64,000 nt of DNA, taken from assembly GCA_902785905.1 (NCBI GenBank), contig CADAAM010000001.1, forward strand, positions 27,320-91,319. Direction: 5' to 3'. The position numbers were made by a program, and so were the translations under genes. Under the pieces are notes generated by a model. That model saw only the letters and a list, made by a program, of their open reading frames with translations, made no database searches and was not told where the DNA came from. Every line of letters starts with the position of its first letter. The first letter of the stretch is position 1. This document shows, piece after piece, positions 58,888 through 64,000 of the stretch. This DNA comes from Oscillospiraceae bacterium. Its GTDB lineage: Bacteria; Bacillota; Clostridia; Oscillospirales; Oscillospiraceae.

Positions 58888-61227
58888 TTGCAGGAAACGG
58901 AAGCACAAAGCAGCGGGATACGGGTTCGTGTAAGCGATCTGCTCTTCGCGCTCCAAAAGCGGTGGATGGTCATTGTTGCGCTTTCTCTTGTAGGGCTTAC
59001 CTTTGGTCTGATTCTGTCTGCGATGACGGTGATACAGTCCTCCTATCAGACCTTCAATGTCTCCGGCTCCTTTGCCGTCACGTCCAAGAACGTCAACGGC
59101 AAATATGTCGGCGGCTATGATGTTCCGAACATCAACGACTTCCATCTGGCCGAGGATATGGTGGATGCGGTTCGCTACGTGATTCGCAGCGATCATGTCC
59201 TGGGCGAGGTCATTAACCGGAACGAGCTGCTCGGCTATACCATCCCGCAGCTGCGCAACGCCATCACCGTGACGCAGTACAACACGACGCAGGTTCTTGA
59301 GATGAAGATTATCTGGCGCAACGCGGAGGAGGGCGTCGCCCTCTGGAATGCCATTGTCGAATGTGCCAGCGACATTCTTCCCGAGACTCTGCAGCTCGGT
59401 TCCCTCGCTGTGATCAACGAGCCGCAGGCCGAACAGATCGGCGTTGTCGGCAGCGGCAACAACAAAGTCGTGCTGCTCACGCTGCTGGGCTTTGCGGCCG
59501 GTGTCGGCTTTGCGATCATTGAACTGCTGATGCACCCTACCCTAAACAACGTCCGCGACGTGGAGACCGTCTTCGGTCTGGAAACCATCGGCATCGTCCC
59601 GCGCGAACCAGAGTTTTACAAACACAAGGGCTCTATCATGACGCAGGAGGATATCGGCAGCTCTGTTGCGGCGCAGAATTTCTCTGCGGCGGCATATATT
59701 CTCCGCAATCGTCTTGGCACGAAAGAGGGACACCATTGCTTCTATGTCACCTCCGCCGTGTTGGGCGAGGGCAGAACAACGGTCGCCGCGAATCTGGCCA
59801 TTCAGCTTTCGGACATGGAGCACCATGTGCTGTTGGTCGACTTCGATACCCGCAATCCCAGACTCGGCGCACTGTTTCTGAACAAGGTCGACTATGCCCA
59901 TTCGCTCAACGCCCTTTACCGCGGCGACGCTACCGAGGATGATGCCATCACGACGCTGTCCGGCTATCTGGATCTGCTGCCCGCGGTGCTGGAGCACAAC
60001 TCTATCAGCGTGGACAGCACGCTCATCGAACTTCTTGACAAGCTGAAGCAGAATTATGAATATGTGATCCTTGACGCGCCCCCCGTGGGCGTGGTCTCCG
60101 GTACGCTCAGCCTGAACCAGATCGCAAACAATGTGCTCTTCGTCATCGGTTATGACATTTCCACCCTGCCGGAGATTCAGAGCTCTCTTGAGAAGCTGGA
60201 CAAATCCGGCACCCGGGTGCTCGGCTGCGTGGTCAACAACGTCGTCACGGGCGGCGCGCTGGGTATGAAGCAGACGGCGGACGATTACAAGAAAAACATC
60301 AGCAAGAAAGCTCGCGCAAAGAAGCAGGAAGAGGAAAAGTTCGGCTTTGACGACGCAAGTCACAACACGCCGGTCTTAAAGCGAAAGCGCACGCGCCCGA
60401 AGCTTCTCGGCAAAAAGAAGGCCCCCGCGGCAGCCATTCCGGACAGCGACGGCCAAATCGCGCAGCGGCGAAACGTCTACGAAGATTCCATGAATCGTCC
60501 GGAATCAAAGCCTGTTCCGATGGACGCGAATGCCGTCACGCAGGAGCTTGTCGAGATCGGACTCAAGGGCAGCTGGGGAACGGAAGCACAGACTGCTCAA
60601 GCGCAGCAGCAAATCCGAATTGAAAAGGAAGTGCCGCTTCCCTCTTCTGCGGCCGCGGAGTCCGAAAGTTCGGCCGCAGAAGAGACGTCCCAGCCTCCGA
60701 CGGAGCCGACGGTCCCCGTATACGCCGATCAAGAGTCGGAAGAGAGAGTCTCGCATCCTTCTCCGCCAGCGAGTGTTCCGGCCGAAGAAGCGAAAGAGCT
60801 GTCTTCCGCAGTCTCCGAGTCGGCGGAAGATCCCTCAGGCACTGATGAGCCGGAACCGGCCGGGACGCCTGCATCTGCCCGGGTGCGCGTCGAAAAACAG
60901 GCAACGTGGAAGCTGCCGTTTTTCATCCTGCTGGCGATTCCCCTGACGCTTGCGGGCGTTCTGCTCCTGCTGGCTGTCGCCGCCGGAATCTTTGCCGCCG
61001 GGGCCGCCCTGGTCTTCTTCTGCGGTTCCTGTTTCCTGTCGGCTCTTACGACCTTTCAGCTTACTGAAGAAAAGCTGGTCGCGCTCGGACTTGCGCTGTT
61101 GTCGCTGGTAATTGCGCTTCCCATTTTCCGGCTGATGGTGCTGGTACCCGCGCGGGGGATCCCTGCGCTCTTCCGGACCGTGACCGCACTCGGAAACAGA
61201 TGGTGCTTTGAGGAGGTCGCGCTATGA
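58888..61227 (+). CDS. Wzz (chain-length determinant) fused to a BY-kinase-like P-loop domain, with a long acidic/Ser-Pro-rich extension and three C-terminal TM helices
   Basis: TTG start after AGGAGG. Two TM helices bracket an extracellular Wzz-like domain. Walker A-like GEGRTT (Arg where Lys is expected), Walker A' LLVDFDTRNP and Walker B YVILDAPP. No C-terminal Tyr cluster was seen. Confidence 0.75.
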   Translation: MQETEAQSSGIRVRVSDLLFALQKRWMVIVALSLVGLTFGLILSAMTVIQSSYQTFNVSGSFAVTSKNVNGKYVGGYDVPNINDFHLAEDMVDAVRYVIRSDHVLGEVINRNELLGYTIPQLRNAITVTQYNTTQVLEMKIIWRNAEEGVALWNAIVECASDILPETLQLGSLAVINEPQAEQIGVVGSGNNKVVLLTLLGFAAGVGFAIIELLMHPTLNNVRDVETVFGLETIGIVPREPEFYKHKGSIMTQEDIGSSVAAQNFSAAAYILRNRLGTKEGHHCFYVTSAVLGEGRTTVAANLAIQLSDMEHHVLLVDFDTRNPRLGALFLNKVDYAHSLNALYRGDATEDDAITTLSGYLDLLPAVLEHNSISVDSTLIELLDKLKQNYEYVILDAPPVGVVSGTLSLNQIANNVLFVIGYDISTLPEIQSSLEKLDKSGTRVLGCVVNNVVTGGALGMKQTADDYKKNISKKARAKKQEEEKFGFDDASHNTPVLKRKRTRPKLLGKKKAPAAAIPDSDGQIAQRRNVYEDSMNRPESKPVPMDANAVTQELVEIGLKGSWGTEAQTAQAQQQIRIEKEVPLPSSAAAESESSAAEETSQPPTEPTVPVYADQESEERVSHPSPPASVPAEEAKELSSAVSESAEDPSGTDEPEPAGTPASARVRVEKQATWKLPFFILLAIPLTLAGVLLLLAVAAGIFAAGAALVFFCGSCFLSALTTFQLTEEKLVALGLALLSLVIALPIFRLMVLVPARGIPALFRTVTALGNRWCFEEVAL

Positions 61228-61439
61228 ACGGAACAAAAAAACTATTCATCATTGTGCTTTCACTTCTCGCTTTTCTCAGCATAGTGAGCATTGCCGCCGG
61301 CATCCTGCTCGGTGCCGGACCTTTTCAGATCGGACGGACTGTGATACAGGAGGCGGGAGAACGCTGGCGTACGGTTTTCCCTGCCGTGTCGGATTATCTG
61401 CATACCGTCTTCGCCCCCCTGCTGCACGGCGGGGCATGA
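61224..61439 (+). CDS. Small membrane protein (71 aa)
   Basis: ATGA overlap with the upstream stop codon and one hydrophobic helix (LFIIVLSLLAFLSIVSIAAGILLGA). Confidence 0.45.
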   Translation: MNGTKKLFIIVLSLLAFLSIVSIAAGILLGAGPFQIGRTVIQEAGERWRTVFPAVSDYLHTVFAPLLHGGA

Positions 61440-61465
61440 CAATTTGACAGAAAGGAGCCGTGAGA

Positions 61466-62161
61466 ATGGCGCGTTTCGGAAATATTGACGCCATGCAGCT
61501 TTTGCTGATTGTGATCCTGCTTCTGTGCGGCTATTTCTTCCTCTTCCAGGCAGTGGCGAAGCGGGCGGCAAGCCGCTCCTCTGTCCCGCTGCTGGCAATC
61601 GTCCTGTTGCTGGTATATCTGCTGGTTTCTCTGCCGCTTGTGCTGATTATCAGTCAGATGGGCGACCTGAGCTTCACCTTCCTGGCTTTGCTGATCCTCG
61701 CCACCTTCATCGGTGTCATCGCGTTTTTTCACTTTGTTTTTAAGCATTACCGGGAAATCAACAAAGGGATGCTGTTGCTTTTTCTTCTCTATCTGCTGAT
61801 GATGAGCTATGTCACCGTTTTTTCGCGCCGCGGGCGTGTGCAGACGGACATCCTGCTGAAATTCGATTCCGTCGAGGAGGCTCTCCGCCGGCATTCGCTG
61901 GAGCCGCTTCAGCATCTGTGGGCCAACATTGCGATGTTTGTGCCGATCGGGATGCTCTTTCCCGCGATCTGTCCACAGCACCTTAACAAGTTATCCTATG
62001 TACTCCCGCTCGGCATGCTTCTGACAACGCTGATTGAGACGACGCAGCTCATGCTGCGTATCGGCCAGTGCGATCTGGAGGATATGATCGCCAACACCAT
62101 GGGGGCCTGTGTGGGGCTGCTGTTATTTCGCCTGTACAGGCGCTTCCAGTCCCGGGCCTGA
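61466..62161 (+). CDS. VanZ-family membrane protein
   Basis: ANIAMFVPIGMLFP ... IETTQL ... DLEDMIANTMGACVG motifs. The ATG at 61466 follows AAGGAG. Confidence 0.75.
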   Translation: MARFGNIDAMQLLLIVILLLCGYFFLFQAVAKRAASRSSVPLLAIVLLLVYLLVSLPLVLIISQMGDLSFTFLALLILATFIGVIAFFHFVFKHYREINKGMLLLFLLYLLMMSYVTVFSRRGRVQTDILLKFDSVEEALRRHSLEPLQHLWANIAMFVPIGMLFPAICPQHLNKLSYVLPLGMLLTTLIETTQLMLRIGQCDLEDMIANTMGACVGLLLFRLYRRFQSRA

Positions 62162-62200
62162 AAAGCCGTGCTGATCTGATTCGGAGGGGGGGAAACCGAT

Positions 62201-63514
62201 ATGCAGAACAGGAGAGCCGTCGAGCGTGATATCTATGTCGAACTGATCGTCGTATTCTGCATCCTCATCTCTCTGGGCTTTCCGGGACAATTTACGAAAA
62301 TCTACGGGGATCGCTTCGATAAGCTCTGTGAATACGGGGCGTTTTTCGCGGAAATCCTGCTGATCCTCACATCCAACGCCAAGCAGTTGGGCGATATTGA
62401 GCTTCTGAATCTCAAGCGGAAGTATGCCGTTCTTTATCTGTATGTCGGCGCTGTGACGGTCGTCTCCATGCTGGTGACCAGCGATCGTTCCGAGGAGATG
62501 ATCACCTGCCTTCGCTGGATCGTGACGCTGCTGTTTGCCATCTGGCTGCAGGAGTTCTATTCTACGGAAAATCTGCTCAGGCTCATTGCCATCGCGCAGG
62601 GTACCTTTGTTGCTTTGACACTGTTTTTCATGCTTCGCTATTCCTATTTAAGCTACGATCCCGAAGTGCCGGGGGCGATCCGCGGTATACTCGGCACGAA
62701 GAACGGCTGTGCCACCGAGCTGGCTTTTGGCATTCTTGTCACGATCCTGGTCATAAGAACCGAACATCACCGCCGTCGGCCCCTCATGCGCTGGGTCACC
62801 CTTGTCATGGTTCAGTTCGTGTTGCTGATGATGGCAGATGCGACCGGCGCGCTGTTTACTCTGGTGATCGCCCTGGTTCCGGCACTGCTGCACCGCAGCT
62901 TCCGTCTGCCCCTCGGTCTGCTGTACATAGCGGTCAACGTGGTGTTCCTCTTTGCGATGCTCACGCTGATGCCCCTGTTTGAGGGTCTTCTTGAGGCCAT
63001 AGGGAAGGATGCGACCCTGACCGGGCGTATTCCGCTCTGGCGGCAGATTATCGATGTCATGTCCACACATAAAACCATGACCGGCTATGGCTACGGCATG
63101 TTCTGGCGCGATCCCATTGCGGTAGAAATGATCCATACGGGCTTTAACCGCCGGCACAACGACTTTATGGCCAGTATTACCTCGGGCGCGCACAATGTGC
63201 TGCTGGAGATGTGGCTGAACGTCGGACTGCTGGGGGTCGCGGAATACTTTTTTGCGCTGCTCGGTTCCTTCCGTCGTGTGGAAGAGATGGAGAACAGCCC
63301 CTATCTCTTCAGCTGCGTCATGATGATCTTCCTCATGATCAACGGCCTGACCGAGCGATGCCTCGCCTCCAACTACGATTACAAGACGCTGGTGCTGTTT
63401 CTGGTGATGGCGATGGGCTGCAACAAGCGCGCCGCTTCCGTCTACGCCCTGCGCGGCAGCGGCAGCGCCGTCATCCATGAGGCGTCTGACAGCTCTCTGT
63501 CAGACGCCGGATGA
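62201..63514 (+). CDS. O-antigen ligase/polymerase family protein (Wzy-like)
   Basis: About 11 TM helices with the Wzy_C-type loop ..HTGFNRRHNDFMASITSGAHNVLLEMWLNVGLLG. Confidence 0.75.
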   Translation: MQNRRAVERDIYVELIVVFCILISLGFPGQFTKIYGDRFDKLCEYGAFFAEILLILTSNAKQLGDIELLNLKRKYAVLYLYVGAVTVVSMLVTSDRSEEMITCLRWIVTLLFAIWLQEFYSTENLLRLIAIAQGTFVALTLFFMLRYSYLSYDPEVPGAIRGILGTKNGCATELAFGILVTILVIRTEHHRRRPLMRWVTLVMVQFVLLMMADATGALFTLVIALVPALLHRSFRLPLGLLYIAVNVVFLFAMLTLMPLFEGLLEAIGKDATLTGRIPLWRQIIDVMSTHKTMTGYGYGMFWRDPIAVEMIHTGFNRRHNDFMASITSGAHNVLLEMWLNVGLLGVAEYFFALLGSFRRVEEMENSPYLFSCVMMIFLMINGLTERCLASNYDYKTLVLFLVMAMGCNKRAASVYALRGSGSAVIHEASDSSLSDAG

Positions 63515-63553
63515 CGTACATCCGCGGAAGCTTCAGCGGGAGGTGAAAAGCAA

Positions 63554-64000
63554 GTGGGTAAAGAAGAATCCGGCGGGAAGCAGCAACTGCTTCATTCTGT
63601 AAAAACCCTGCTGTTATCCGGCATCGCATACATTGTCAACTACGGGATTCTGCTTGTGCTCACGCCATTTATCACCAGGACCATCGGGGCTGAGGCATAC
63701 GGCTTTGTTACACTTGCCAAGGAGTTTTCCCAATACGCGACGATCCTGACGATGGCGCTGAATACCTATGCCGCGCGATTTATCGGGCTCTCCTACCACA
63801 AAGGGGATCTGCATCAGGCGAACGTCTACTTTTCCTCGGTGTTCTGGGGCAACGTGGCACTGGCGATCAGCATTTTAAGCGGGATTCTGGTGTTCATTCA
63901 CTTTCTGGACTCCGTTCTGGTGGTGTCGCCCTCACTGCTGAGCGACGTGAAACTGCTGTTTTTCTTCACCTTCGTGAGCTTCGGCGTGACGACTGTCTTC
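63554..64000 (+). CDS. Polysaccharide flippase (Wzx/MOP family), 5' part; continues past the window end
   Basis: The frame is open from the GTG at 63554 (GGGAGGTG RBS) to the window end. The translation VGKEESGGKQQLLHSVKTLLLSGIAYIVNYGILLVLTPFITRTIGAEAYGFVTLAKEF... is typical of a Wzx N terminus. This ORF is not in the supplied track because it has no stop codon. Confidence 0.7.
   Translation, partial: MGKEESGGKQQLLHSVKTLLLSGIAYIVNYGILLVLTPFITRTIGAEAYGFVTLAKEFSQYATILTMALNTYAARFIGLSYHKGDLHQANVYFSSVFWGNVALAISILSGILVFIHFLDSVLVVSPSLLSDVKLLFFFTFVSFGVTTVF

Overview
The window looks like a chromosomal segment from a visibly GC-rich, Gram-positive anaerobe (Clostridia, probably Oscillospiraceae or Ruminococcaceae; this is a guess from gene content, and GC was not computed). 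From 1 to 21 kb it is core housekeeping. This part holds a purine operon (purM', an FNT-type channel, purN, PurO-type IMP cyclohydrolase, AICARFT-only purH, purD, large purL, fhs). It then holds a NUDIX hydrolase, ligA, yunB, a YnbB-like PLP enzyme, murD, RNase P RNA and a trimeric HydABC-type [FeFe]-hydrogenase operon. From 21 to 26.4 kb there is a TM1266-type regulator with a NitT/TauT-like ABC transporter whose binding-protein gene is frameshifted. A K+ channel fused to a RyR domain and a proline-rich lipoprotein follow. A perfect 82-bp inverted repeat brackets 26.4-36.0 kb (aminotransferase, PHP phosphatase, membrane protein, glutaredoxin, rubrerythrin, mgtE, a nahK-like kinase, an ArsC-family protein and an AT-richer islet with two decayed genes). 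A T-box-controlled trpDCFBA operon without trpEG lies at 37.5-42.1 kb. From 42.1 to 51.5 kb the sequence looks accessory and pseudogene-rich, and it ends in a six-hairpin array. From 51.8 to 55.0 kb there are a secreted DUF4886/SGNH-like protein and a GH26 mannanase whose signal peptide is cut off by a homopolymer frameshift. The most unusual item is at 55.2-58.8 kb. It is a translationally coupled pair made of a MotA/ExbB-like channel fused to an EAL domain and a MotB-like anchor carrying four Ig-like repeats and a second TM helix. This pair sits directly upstream of exopolysaccharide assembly genes (an atypical Wzz-BY-kinase fusion, VanZ, Wzy-like, Wzx-like). No tRNA, rRNA, CRISPR array or intact transposase was recognised. 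Several frameshifts fall in homopolymer runs, so sequencing error cannot be excluded.
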